A stretch of 64,000 bases of DNA from positions 14,409 through 78,408 of the IMG/VR virus record IMGVR_UViG_3300017527_001400; one strand, 5' to 3'. Within the stretch, counting starts at the first letter, position 1; each line of letters starts with the position of its first letter. A model generated the notes under the pieces. The model worked only from the letters and a program-made list of their open reading frames with translations. It ran no database searches and had not been told where the DNA came from. Of this stretch, positions 26,843 to 35,887 are shown one piece after another. This DNA comes from a virus. The translations under genes and the position numbers were made by a program.

Positions 26843-27499
26843 GTCCAATGGATGGTTGGGGTGCGAGCCTCAACCATCCAATCCTCCTAAGCCAAGCGAT
26901 TCTCTGACCCAGAAAGAAATCTCAGCGATTCACTACATTTCGACAAGACTCAGCGATGCAATGAATTTGGTGGAAAAGCACCACCAAATCCGTTGCCCTG
27001 CTAAGTCTTGACGAAAAGCAGCTCTCTGCTGTGATTTCTTTCTGGATCAGTTCTCTGCTTGGCTTAGGAGGATTGGATGGTTGAGGCTCGCACCCCAGCC
27101 ATCCATGGGGACTTAGGCAGGCTTCGGTGCTGAACCCGTTGATTACTGGGGTTTGCGTAGGCGGATGGAGGTAAGCAGGCTTCCAACCTCTCCAACACCT
27201 CACTTTCGCGGGTATAGTTGACCGAGTAGATGTGACTCGGTATTTCTGGGCTGTTCTTGTTGGTGTCCATCTCCCTTTTGTAATGATGCGTTCGTACTCT
27301 CACCCGATAGCCATGCTGAAGTCGCCAACTCCGGACGGTGATCCCATCCAGCCTAAGAATGCACTATGCCATCTGCAGACTGTCGAGCCATTTTATAGCA
27401 AAGATGTCTATTTGGATCACCTGATCGACTCGACACAAGCTACACTCTGTAGTGCCAGCCTTTGCCGGATTTCCAGTTATGCTCTCCCGCCCAATCCAC
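26456..27499. repeat. ~1.04-kb imperfect palindrome; right arm is a frameshifted inverted copy of the 26417 gene
   Basis: Arms 26456-26973 and 26981-27499, loop AAAAGCA; minus-strand ORFs 26922-27203 and 27064-27303 reproduce parts of the plus-strand translations. Confidence 0.88.
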
Positions 27500-27644
27500 C
27501 CTAGTGCCCAGGCCGTGCGGGTAAAAATATATCACCCGCCCCCTTCTGAGGACGTCGGACAAAATTAGCATGGCTGAAAGTCGACCCTAAAAAATATTTT
27601 TACATTTTTCTGAACTTTTAATTTTTTAAGGAAACCCAAAGCCA

Positions 27645-27848
27645 ATGCGAAAAGCGATCTGCATCAGCCCAACCCAAAGATTCGAGGTCAACCAGCTATA
27701 TAGCTACGAAGTCACGATGGAATTCGAGGACTTATATGAACTTGGCAGACCGATGCCCATAAAGATAGAAACTAAAAAAATTTATATTGTTAACGGGTTT
27801 CATTTTTCGCAATACGAATTTGACAAGACATTCAGGAAATTCATATGA
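27645..27848 (+). CDS. small paralogous family protein
   Basis: MRKAICISPTQRFEVNQLYSY...EFDKTFRKFI. Confidence 0.65.
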   Translation: MRKAICISPTQRFEVNQLYSYEVTMEFEDLYELGRPMPIKIETKKIYIVNGFHFSQYEFDKTFRKFI

Positions 27849-28018
27849 AACGAGTCTTATGCTTTCAGCGATCGTTGCCATTCAAGGTAGGCGGATTATA
27901 TAGATTCATAATAGAAGAATATCAGGACAGAACCTACTATTTAGTTTACATCGGCAAAAGCTATCATGCTTATTCCAAACAATACTTCAAAGACCATTTC
28001 GTACCATTCATCCAATAG
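27845..28018 (+). CDS. small paralogous family protein (57 aa)
   Basis: MKRVLCFQRSLPFKVGGLYRF...YFKDHFVPF; translated by hand. Confidence 0.6.
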   Translation: MKRVLCFQRSLPFKVGGLYRFIIEEYQDRTYYLVYIGKSYHAYSKQYFKDHFVPFIQ

Positions 28019-28032
28019 CCATCGGAGATAAT

Positions 28033-28239
28033 ATGCCAAGTTACAATGACACAGTAAACATCTTAAAGGACCGCATCAAGGTTCTAATCAACGACAACCC
28101 GGAGATCCTACAAATCGACGATCCATGGAAGCTGTTCGATTTCGAGGCGCTCGTCGTCTCGGATCTCGACCCGTCCCTTTTCCAAGCACAGTGGGCCCTA
28201 TCACGAGCCAAGCAAGAGTGGCGACAAACTCACGGATGA
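28033..28239 (+). CDS. hypothetical protein
   Basis: GGAG RBS. Confidence 0.6.
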   Translation: MPSYNDTVNILKDRIKVLINDNPEILQIDDPWKLFDFEALVVSDLDPSLFQAQWALSRAKQEWRQTHG

Positions 28240-28472
28240 AGGCCCTCTGTATTCAATCGATCATACCGTTTCAAGTCGGCAACCTGTACAGGTGCACCAA
28301 GTTTTTGACACCGCTCGGAACAGCAGAAGCATGGTCGGTGTGGAATATCAGGCAACCAAATACTAAGGTAGGCGGATTATATAGATTCATAATAGAAGAA
28401 TATACAGATGGCGGATATAATTATATTATGTCCGTGAATACCTTCAACCAGTATTTCAGGAGATTCATATGA
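28236..28472 (+). CDS. small paralogous family protein
   Basis: MKALCIQSIIPFQVGNLYRC...TFNQYFRRFI. Confidence 0.65.
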   Translation: MKALCIQSIIPFQVGNLYRCTKFLTPLGTAEAWSVWNIRQPNTKVGGLYRFIIEEYTDGGYNYIMSVNTFNQYFRRFI

Positions 28473-28596
28473 AAGACTACGATCAGGGCCGCAGAGACGG
28501 CTATGACAAAACAGTCGACGAATCTAAAGAAGCCAAAAACCCAAAGTACAAAGAGGGTGTCATCAAAGGTATACTGGAACGATTAAAGGAGGAAAA

Positions 28597-28950
28597 ATGA
28601 AGACTATATTATCGATTGCCTTCATATATTTGTCTTTGATAGGCTTGGTAACCTTCTCCATGTTCATTATGCAGGAGGCACAGCAAACAACTCAATGGGC
28701 TCTGAGAATATCGGAGCCTGACTTATATATGAAAGGCCAGCAGCTGAACGAAACCTTGTTCAAGCGAATGCGCTTTCTAAACCACATAGCATGGATAAAT
28801 CCTTATGCCCACTTCGCATACAGATCGTACATCGAGAATCGGGGTCCTCATACCAAAAGTGTCAATGTTAATACGTCGACCGACACCACCGGACCCTTAT
28901 GTTCAATTAAGCAAAAGAGAAGCCAAACTTTTGACGTCCTTCTTAATTGA
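28597..28950 (+). CDS. membrane-anchored protein, paralog of 12079-12609
   Basis: AGGAGG RBS; TFSMFIMQEA.Q, WINPYAHFAYRSY. Confidence 0.65.
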   Translation: MKTILSIAFIYLSLIGLVTFSMFIMQEAQQTTQWALRISEPDLYMKGQQLNETLFKRMRFLNHIAWINPYAHFAYRSYIENRGPHTKSVNVNTSTDTTGPLCSIKQKRSQTFDVLLN

Positions 28951-29143
28951 AGAGGGACGGCCATATAATTTCACACCCGCGGGCCACTCTCGCATAAAGC
29001 TTGTGGCTGCACGCAACATGCCTGACAATGTGGAGCCTATTCAAGGCTTCAAATGGAATATCACAGACAAACGCAAGATTATTGTACAGGTAACCCAGTT
29101 TTTCAGGGATAACGTAATCATCTTTCACGGAAGGCTACCATAA
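28865..29143 (+). CDS. hypothetical protein (divergent member of small family)
   Basis: LIEEGRPYNF...NVIIFHG. Confidence 0.5.
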   Translation: MLIRRPTPPDPYVQLSKREAKLLTSFLIEEGRPYNFTPAGHSRIKLVAARNMPDNVEPIQGFKWNITDKRKIIVQVTQFFRDNVIIFHGRLP

Positions 29144-29442
29144 TGTTAAAAGTTTTCAAATATCCACTAGAGATTCTGTCTTATCACCAAGTCGAGCTGC
29201 CAGTCGGCGCCAAGGTCTTGAAGTTCGAAAACCAGAACAACGTCCCAACGATCTGGGCCCTGGTTGACCCTTCCCCCTCAGTCCCAAAAGAAACCCGGCT
29301 CTTTCGGTTGGCCGGCACAGGCCATGAAATCGACGAAGAGCATCTCAAATTCATCGATACCGTCTTCATCAATCAATTTGTCCTCCATTTCTTTGAAGTC
29401 CTGACCGAGAGGGCCGCCCCTCGTGAATCCTGCAATCTGTAA
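29143..29442 (+). CDS. conserved phage hypothetical protein
   Basis: VFKYPL..VELPVGAKVL..QNNVPTIWALVDP..GTGH..VLHFFE pattern. Confidence 0.7.
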   Translation: MLKVFKYPLEILSYHQVELPVGAKVLKFENQNNVPTIWALVDPSPSVPKETRLFRLAGTGHEIDEEHLKFIDTVFINQFVLHFFEVLTERAAPRESCNL

Positions 29443-29663
29443 TGGCCATCATCATACCCAAAAGAAACATCCAGGCACTGGATCTCTACCTGCTTAAAAA
29501 AGGCAAGCCCTACAAAGTGGTAAAACACTCAAAATATTTAAATCTGGTATCTGCTGACTACATACACTCGGCAGGGAAAATGACAATACCATTGGGATTC
29601 TTTCATTTATCCTCTTCTGATATTATTGTTTTTTCTGGACAAATAAATGCAAAGGGCTTTTGA
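29442..29663 (+). CDS. small paralogous family protein
   Basis: MAIIIPKRNI...KKGKPYKV...DIIVFSG. Confidence 0.55.
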   Translation: MAIIIPKRNIQALDLYLLKKGKPYKVVKHSKYLNLVSADYIHSAGKMTIPLGFFHLSSSDIIVFSGQINAKGF

Positions 29664-30061
29664 AAGGCTCAACCAAAAGAATGTAAAGAAAATGGTAATT
29701 TGATTGATGTTGATACATTACCAATGAAAGCACTTTTGGACATGGTGTTGTGTTGGTTTGTATTAAAAATAAATGTATTTGTAGTTCAAAAGTATGTAAA
29801 GATGAAAGGATTTAATAATGAAAGAAATTAAATATGTATGGGTTGTTGAAGGAGAAGAAGGAGAAGATGTAAGTTGGATAGATACTATATTTGCTGATGA
29901 AAAAGATGCACAGATAGAAATGGATAGACTTAATAAAGAATACAAACAGCATAGTACTGTTTATTTTGTAGAAAAATATCCAATAAAATGAAAATAATAT
30001 AGTAAAGATTTAAAATTAGTCCGATTCGATTAACCCAATTACCACAAAAGAGGAGAAACCC

Positions 30062-30856
30062 ATGAGCATCGTGCTGAAAGCTATCGTCAGAGGCCATTAC
30101 GACTTACAAAAACTAAGAATTCAGGCTGGGAATCGAATTATTGCGAATTTTCGGTCAAAATTGGACATTGCGCCGTCCGATAAGGCTGAAAAAGCTGCCT
30201 TATCGTCAATAAAGACCGAATTTGCGGCTCTACCAGCCATAAAGTCCAAGAAACACTTCAAAGGCACGCCAATAATTGCCGAATATCCGGAATATGTGCT
30301 GGTTAAGAGCTACGTTGCCCTGTTGGAAAGCGAAAAACAAGTCATCAAAGAAATCACCCAGATCGTCAACGAACATCCGCTGTACATCTCGTTCCTATCC
30401 TCCATCAAGGGTATTGGTCCACTCATGACCGGGATCCTCCTGACAGAAATCGATATCTCCAAGGCCGATACGCCGGCAGCCCTGTGGAAATATGCTGGAC
30501 TTGACGTCACCTCAAAAGGTGAGGGCCGCTCCCGCCGGGCAGAGCATCTAGTCGACCGAGAATATACCAAGGCCGACGGAACTGTCGCCACAAAGAAATC
30601 CATTACCTATAATCCACGCCTGAAGACCAAACTTATGGGAGTCCTGGCACCATCCCTTATCAAACAGCAGTCTCCGGACTATGCTCCAGTTTATTACGAA
30701 TACAAAACCCGTCTCGAAACCAGTCGACCGGAAATGGTCAAAGGCCATATGCACATGATGGCCCTGCGATACATGACGAAGCGCTTCCTGAAGCATCTGT
30801 ATTTGAATTGGAGGAAACTCGAAAATCTGTCGGTGACTGAACGATGGACATCGTAG
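30062..30856 (+). CDS. Nop/IS110-like RNA-binding protein lacking RuvC (TasA-like)
   Basis: GAGGAG RBS; N-terminal YDLQKLRIQAGNR coiled coil; IKGIGPL...EIDI.KA.TPAALWKYAGL; YNPRLKT; H.MALRYM.K.FL..LY..WR; no DEDD domain. Confidence 0.8.
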   Translation: MSIVLKAIVRGHYDLQKLRIQAGNRIIANFRSKLDIAPSDKAEKAALSSIKTEFAALPAIKSKKHFKGTPIIAEYPEYVLVKSYVALLESEKQVIKEITQIVNEHPLYISFLSSIKGIGPLMTGILLTEIDISKADTPAALWKYAGLDVTSKGEGRSRRAEHLVDREYTKADGTVATKKSITYNPRLKTKLMGVLAPSLIKQQSPDYAPVYYEYKTRLETSRPEMVKGHMHMMALRYMTKRFLKHLYLNWRKLENLSVTERWTS

Positions 30857-31143
30857 ATGTCCTACATAAAGGAATGGTAATGGGGGCAATATCAAAATCA
30901 AAAGCTTATGCAGGCGCAGCAGTGCACCAGCCCGAAGTCACAATAAAAGCTGTATGCTTGGAACCGGTCTTTATCTTCGAATTACACAGGCTTTATAAAT
31001 TCAAAGTGTTGATACAATCTGACTCCGACGGATACCTAACTGAAGAGAAAACATACAGGCACAACGAAGAAATTGACGACGGCCTCTGCTGGATAGCCCT
31101 TGGAGAAGAAGCCTTCAAAAAGCATTTCAGAAAGTTTCAATAA
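30844..31143 (+). CDS. small paralogous family protein
   Basis: IKAVCLEPVFIFELHRLYKF...AFKKHFRKF. Confidence 0.55.
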   Translation: MDIVDVLHKGMVMGAISKSKAYAGAAVHQPEVTIKAVCLEPVFIFELHRLYKFKVLIQSDSDGYLTEEKTYRHNEEIDDGLCWIALGEEAFKKHFRKFQ

Positions 31144-31400
31144 TGATACTGATAGCAAAAAGAACGATAAAATTACAAGATATAAAGAAATTGATCCCGG
31201 ACTCTCATAAGTTCAAGTTGCCACCGAAACGGGAACATTATGAAGGAACGGTCATCTTTACTGAAGGTAAGCCCTACAAAGTCACCATCAGCGAGACCGG
31301 TGTGGGCTCTATCCAAACAGATGCTGGAATATTCTTTATATACGCCAAGGGTGACGGAGAAGTCATTCCAACAGAGTTCTTCAGGATCTTCACGAGATGA
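31143..31400 (+). CDS. small paralogous family protein
   Basis: MILIAKRTI...IFTEGKPYKV...FFRIF. Confidence 0.65.
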   Translation: MILIAKRTIKLQDIKKLIPDSHKFKLPPKREHYEGTVIFTEGKPYKVTISETGVGSIQTDAGIFFIYAKGDGEVIPTEFFRIFTR

Positions 31401-31585
31401 TCCTGATTGCCAGATTTGATATTATGCTCGGCAAAAACATTATCTTTAAAAAAGGCGAAGTATCAAAAGCATGGTTTGATGGAAAAGACATGGCATATTT
31501 TGATGATCCAAAGTGCCATATACGTGTTGATAGAATCGGCTACTATTTCATAATATTTAAAGGTGATAATGGTCATAATAGCTAA
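31397..31585 (+). CDS. small paralogous family protein
   Basis: MILIARFDI...IFKKGEV...YFIIFK. Confidence 0.6.
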   Translation: MILIARFDIMLGKNIIFKKGEVSKAWFDGKDMAYFDDPKCHIRVDRIGYYFIIFKGDNGHNS

Positions 31586-31742
31586 AAAAGACATATTGAT
31601 AAACAAACAGATAGTCTTCAAGAAGGGCCAAGTCATCAATGCCTGGAGAGGAGGCGATAAATTCGTCTATTACAAAGGCGGTCGAATGGGAGAGACTGTC
31701 ATGAGAGAGCTTTTCGTAGTCTTTAAGGATGATCCAATATGA
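31569..31742 (+). CDS. small paralogous family protein (57 aa)
   Basis: MVIIAKKDILINKQIVFKKGQV...LFVVFK; translated by hand. Confidence 0.55.
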   Translation: MVIIAKKDILINKQIVFKKGQVINAWRGGDKFVYYKGGRMGETVMRELFVVFKDDPI

Positions 31743-32011
31743 TCTTGATCTGCAAAAAAACCATATCAAGTAAAACGTTCAAAAAAATAATACTCGGCTT
31801 TAATTCAAAAATGGGTGATGACTTAAAAAAAGACCTCGAGTCTGACAAAGCTGTATTTATAGAAGGCAAACATTATAAAATGAACGTTAATAAAGATAGA
31901 AGAATCATGAGCAGTGAAATTGGCACAATAACCATGTTTCACTCCAGCAAAATAATGGAAGCTCTATTACAAGAATGCTTCATAATCTTTTCAAAAGGAG
32001 AAAAAGAATGA
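31739..32011 (+). CDS. small paralogous family protein
   Basis: MILICKKTI...VFIEGKHYKM...CFIIFSK. Confidence 0.65.
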   Translation: MILICKKTISSKTFKKIILGFNSKMGDDLKKDLESDKAVFIEGKHYKMNVNKDRRIMSSEIGTITMFHSSKIMEALLQECFIIFSKGEKE

Positions 32012-32385
32012 CAACACAAGGCCAACGAAACTATGCAGTAGAAAGAATAAGAGGGAAAGTCGGTGAAAAATTGGAAGCAGCCAAGCATGAGTTCCATATC
32101 GAAGGAAAAGGACTTACAAACATGCAACGGCTGGATCTTATCCGAAAAGGAAAGGTTACGCTTCTCCCAAAGAAAGAATTGAGTTTACTGCGGAATTGGG
32201 ACCGTACCAACATCAAAGACGTCTTTGATTTCAGTGAATATGCATGGGAATCCGGCGTAGACAAGAAAAAATACGGCAAACGCGAAAAAGCCATTCTCAC
32301 AGAATCCAACCGGATTATTGACGAAGTTATGCTTGGCGATGCCAAAGAAGCCATGAAACTTCTCAAAGCCTTCGAAACCTTCTAA
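32008..32385 (+). CDS. hypothetical protein
   Basis: AAGGAG RBS. Confidence 0.7.
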   Translation: MTTQGQRNYAVERIRGKVGEKLEAAKHEFHIEGKGLTNMQRLDLIRKGKVTLLPKKELSLLRNWDRTNIKDVFDFSEYAWESGVDKKKYGKREKAILTESNRIIDEVMLGDAKEAMKLLKAFETF

Positions 32386-32573
32386 TGAAGTTTATTTGCC
32401 TGAAATCTGTCCATATATTTGTAGAAAACCATTTATATACGCTAACAAGCTGCGAAACAGCTTATGACCTAAAAACAGGCAGAGCAATGGTCAGATTTAA
32501 GTTTTTAGACAATAATACGTTTTATACGGCAAAAGAGAAAGAATTCAAAAAAATGTTCAGGAGATTCGACTAA
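32385..32573 (+). CDS. small paralogous family protein
   Basis: MKFICLKSVHIFVENHLYTL...EFKKMFRRF. Confidence 0.6.
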   Translation: MKFICLKSVHIFVENHLYTLTSCETAYDLKTGRAMVRFKFLDNNTFYTAKEKEFKKMFRRFD

Positions 32574-32574
32574 T

Positions 32575-32775
32575 ATGAAGCCCAACGTCAAAAAGTACAT
32601 AAAAGACGATACAAGTTGCCCATTTTGCGAATCCATAAAGATCGTACCTGAAGATGCCATCTCAACTGACCTTAAAGGCGCATCCCAGCATATCGCATGC
32701 CATAACTGCGGAGCTGAATGGTATGATCAGTACACGCTCACGGGGATCAGTGTATGCGTCGAGCCATCTGCATAA
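32575..32775 (+). CDS. zinc-ribbon protein
   Basis: CPFC...CHNCGAEWYD. Confidence 0.65.
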   Translation: MKPNVKKYIKDDTSCPFCESIKIVPEDAISTDLKGASQHIACHNCGAEWYDQYTLTGISVCVEPSA

Positions 32776-32860
32776 AAGATATCTACCCTTATTTCAAAGA
32801 CAATCACCTGAAATTTTTATTATCTTCTGAATTTATTTATTAACCCAAAGGAGAGAGCTT

Positions 32861-33874
32861 ATGAAACCGTCGGAGTTGGTAGAATTGCTGCGAATAGCCA
32901 TCAGGAATAAAATTAATGTCCTTATCAAAGGCAAACCCGGGCTTGGTAAAACAGACATTGTCCTCCAGTCCTGTGCACTAGAAGATTTCGATGTCGTGCT
33001 TTCACATCCGGTTGTGGATGATCCAACTGACTATAAAGGCATGCCGTGTATCATCAAAGACAAAGAAGGTAACGAGAAAGCCCAGTTCATGCCGTTTGGG
33101 AACTTGAACAAGTTGATTGAAGCCACGCGGCCGACAGCCTATTTCATGGATGATCTGGGGCAGGCGCTGCCGGCTGTACAAGCGGCTGCTATGCAGTTGC
33201 TGCTTGCTCGGGAAATCAACGGCCATGTAATCAGTGACCAAGTGACCTTCATTGCGGCCACCAACAGAAAAGCTGACAAAGCTGGAGTATCTGGAATCCT
33301 TGAACCGGTTAAGTCGAGATTCGGATCTATCGTCGAACTGGAAACCGATCTTGAAGACTGGGTTACCTGGGGATTAACCTCCAAGAAGATCCCGGTTGAT
33401 TTAGTGGCCTTCATACGTTTCAGGCCAGAACAGCTCGACACATTCGAAGCGACCTCTGATCTGACGAACTCTTCCTGTCCAAGGACTGTGGAAAACGTTG
33501 CCAAGTGGATGAAAGCTAAAATACCTCGGGACTTGGAATTTGAAACATACGAAGGTGCAGCAGGTAAAGCCTTTGCCTCTGAATTGATATCCTTCCTGAA
33601 AATCTTCAGACAACTTCCGGATCCGATTAAAATTATCAAGGATCCAATGAACGCCAACATCCCCGATGAACCAGCAGCTCTATATGCGACATGCGGTGCA
33701 CTGGCTGCCAGGGCAACAATGAAGAATTTCGAGAACATCTGCCAGTATGCTTACAGGATGCCGAAAGAATTCTCTGTCTTCATGGTCAAGGATTGTGTTC
33801 GTCAAAATGAAGATGTCGCCCAAACGGACTCGTTCATCGAATGGGTTACCAAGCACAAAAGCTCAATGATATGA
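32861..33874 (+). CDS. MoxR-like AAA+ ATPase
   Basis: Walker A GKPGLGKT, Walker B YFMDD, sensor AATNR, SRF, PRT. Confidence 0.88.
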   Translation: MKPSELVELLRIAIRNKINVLIKGKPGLGKTDIVLQSCALEDFDVVLSHPVVDDPTDYKGMPCIIKDKEGNEKAQFMPFGNLNKLIEATRPTAYFMDDLGQALPAVQAAAMQLLLAREINGHVISDQVTFIAATNRKADKAGVSGILEPVKSRFGSIVELETDLEDWVTWGLTSKKIPVDLVAFIRFRPEQLDTFEATSDLTNSSCPRTVENVAKWMKAKIPRDLEFETYEGAAGKAFASELISFLKIFRQLPDPIKIIKDPMNANIPDEPAALYATCGALAARATMKNFENICQYAYRMPKEFSVFMVKDCVRQNEDVAQTDSFIEWVTKHKSSMI

Positions 33875-34302
33875 AAAACGAAGAGACATATAACTTAGGG
33901 TTCAATGTTAGATACTTAGCTGACTCTTGTGTATCAGTTACCATTGCTGATTTCACGGGCTACTTCTCTTTTGCTATGCCATTCGCATTTAAAATAAAAG
34001 GCAATCCACCAATTGTCGCAGAAGACCGGATGTGGCCAGAAGAAACACTAGGCCATGTCAATATTGTAAAAGTTGGTAAAAGAGCCGTAACATATGTTGA
34101 TATCAAAGCTTTCAAAATCATATGGAAAGAAGAGCTGAACAAAAGCATTCTAAAAGCTGCAGCTTCAATTGCTACGTTCAGGATGAAACTAAAAAAGCAG
34201 CCGGAGGTACAGGAAGATGGGAAAGTACGAATACGACGAAAGCAAAGACCAAGCTCTATCAATAATGGATTCGCTCGTGGGCCATTACCAGGGAAAAGTT
34301 GA
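33871..34302 (+). CDS. hypothetical protein
   Basis: ATGA overlap. Confidence 0.55.
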   Translation: MKNEETYNLGFNVRYLADSCVSVTIADFTGYFSFAMPFAFKIKGNPPIVAEDRMWPEETLGHVNIVKVGKRAVTYVDIKAFKIIWKEELNKSILKAAASIATFRMKLKKQPEVQEDGKVRIRRKQRPSSINNGFARGPLPGKS

Positions 34303-34630
34303 TGACGAATATATCTTTAAAATGAAAGACAAGAAAATAGTGTCTTTTACATACAGGCCATATGGAATTTTCATAATAAAGGTCAAAACGGATAAAGGCG
34401 AAAAGACCGTCGAGTTTGGATACGGATCGTCAGGAAGGGATCGAATAGATGGCGGAATTGCCATAATCACTGATATAGGAAGATTCCGGCCGCAGGCTTT
34501 GAAGCTTAACGACGAAACCAAAAGAAGAAAGGTTTCGAGCTTCAGGAGTCTCTCTATTCGCCAATTATGGGAAATTGCAGAAATGGCCCTGGATGAATAC
34601 CGCGAACTTCTCAAGGAAATGTATTCATAA
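34217..34630 (+). CDS. hypothetical protein
   Basis: GGAGG/AGGA upstream. Confidence 0.55.
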   Translation: MGKYEYDESKDQALSIMDSLVGHYQGKVDDEYIFKMKDKKIVSFTYRPYGIFIIKVKTDKGEKTVEFGYGSSGRDRIDGGIAIITDIGRFRPQALKLNDETKRRKVSSFRSLSIRQLWEIAEMALDEYRELLKEMYS

Positions 34631-34653
34631 AAAAACAACAAAAGGAGTAAGCC

Positions 34654-35517
34654 ATGAGTATTACACAGAAAGCGATGATAGTCAAACTCCACGTTTCGTC
34701 ATGGAAGGGGCAACAGCATGACGGCGTGGTAACCAGCAAAACCCAGACAGCCCATGGAGCTAAACACGGTTCAGGCGTCTACAACAAATTCCTGATTGCG
34801 AAAAAGCATGTACAGGACATCCAGCGGGCTGAGAACGAAGCACGTAAATTCCACATTGCCATGACCTTACCCTGGAATGACGGTGGAGACAGGCTTCTGC
34901 CATCGAAAAACTATCTGAAATATTCAAAAGGGATGCGCGGTCTGAAACAGAAATTCGAAGTGGCTGCCGGCAAATTTGCCCAGCAATATCCAGCAATGAT
35001 TACAGAAGCCAAGAACCTGCTTGGAAGCATGTACAACAAGAACGACTATCCGGCGCCAAGCTATATCGGAGACAAATTTGCCTTCTTCACAGACATCACA
35101 CCGGTTCCGAGTTCCGGGGACTTCAGAGTCGATATGGAAAAAGCCGATCGAGATCAGATCAAACAAGAACTCGATGAAAAGAGCGAAAGAAGCCACGAGC
35201 AGGCGATGGCGGATCTGTGGGAACGACTTTTCAATGTTGTTAAGCCCATGGCGGAAGGTATGGCTGGAAGCAAAGGCAAGGTCTACGACTCATATGTCAA
35301 GAACATTGAGGAGCTCACAGACATTTTGCCAGACCTGAATATTGCCAATGATCAATCCTTGAATGAGATGTCGGACGAGGTAAGAGATCTTCTTACAGCC
35401 AATACTCCGGGACAGCTCAGAAAAGACAAAAAGCTCAAGGCCAGCACAGCAGCGACTGCTGCAAAAATGATGGACAAGATCGGCATAATGTCTGGAGGTG
35501 GCGGTGTTACTAAATAA
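34654..35517 (+). CDS. DUF3150-like protein accompanying AAA/DUF2201 module
   Basis: MIVKLHVSSW.G...KFL...TLPW...G.RLLP...YP...F.F pattern; context. Confidence 0.6.
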   Translation: MSITQKAMIVKLHVSSWKGQQHDGVVTSKTQTAHGAKHGSGVYNKFLIAKKHVQDIQRAENEARKFHIAMTLPWNDGGDRLLPSKNYLKYSKGMRGLKQKFEVAAGKFAQQYPAMITEAKNLLGSMYNKNDYPAPSYIGDKFAFFTDITPVPSSGDFRVDMEKADRDQIKQELDEKSERSHEQAMADLWERLFNVVKPMAEGMAGSKGKVYDSYVKNIEELTDILPDLNIANDQSLNEMSDEVRDLLTANTPGQLRKDKKLKASTAATAAKMMDKIGIMSGGGGVTK

Positions 35518-35866
35518 GAAGGATATCGAGTTCATGTGGAATGAGTTGGTTCTGTTTTTACATCTGTTCCTGATTGCTGCCTTCTTATTTATAGGGATTT
35601 ATGCTTGGGATTTCAATCAGAAATTGGCTTTCATTATCTTTGGAGCAGATATAATCTTTATCTTATCCGTCATGAGCGCTGTCATAAGAAGAACAGCCAT
35701 GTCAAAGATAAAAAATCCGTATAAAACGAAAGAATTCATAGCCGAAACAAATAGATTTGTTAAAACCTTCAAAAGAGCGACGGAAGCGGATATAGCAAAG
35801 ACCTTGCAATCAATAATGTGTTCGGCTTATGAAAAAGGATTAAGTGACGGTAAGAGAAAAGGATAA
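35498..35866 (+). CDS. two-TM membrane protein
   Basis: Two hydrophobic helices. Confidence 0.6.
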   Translation: MAVLLNKKDIEFMWNELVLFLHLFLIAAFLFIGIYAWDFNQKLAFIIFGADIIFILSVMSAVIRRTAMSKIKNPYKTKEFIAETNRFVKTFKRATEADIAKTLQSIMCSAYEKGLSDGKRKG

Positions 35867-35887
35867 ATAAAAAGAAAGGATTAAGCG

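Noticed and set aside
27845-28472. Diversity-generating retroelement TR/VR pair
   Set aside because: Shared patch is identical rather than A-specifically mutated; no reverse transcriptase in window
30062-30856. Active IS110/IS1111 transposon
   Set aside because: Lacks the N-terminal DEDD RuvC domain and element ends; sits in a phage operon
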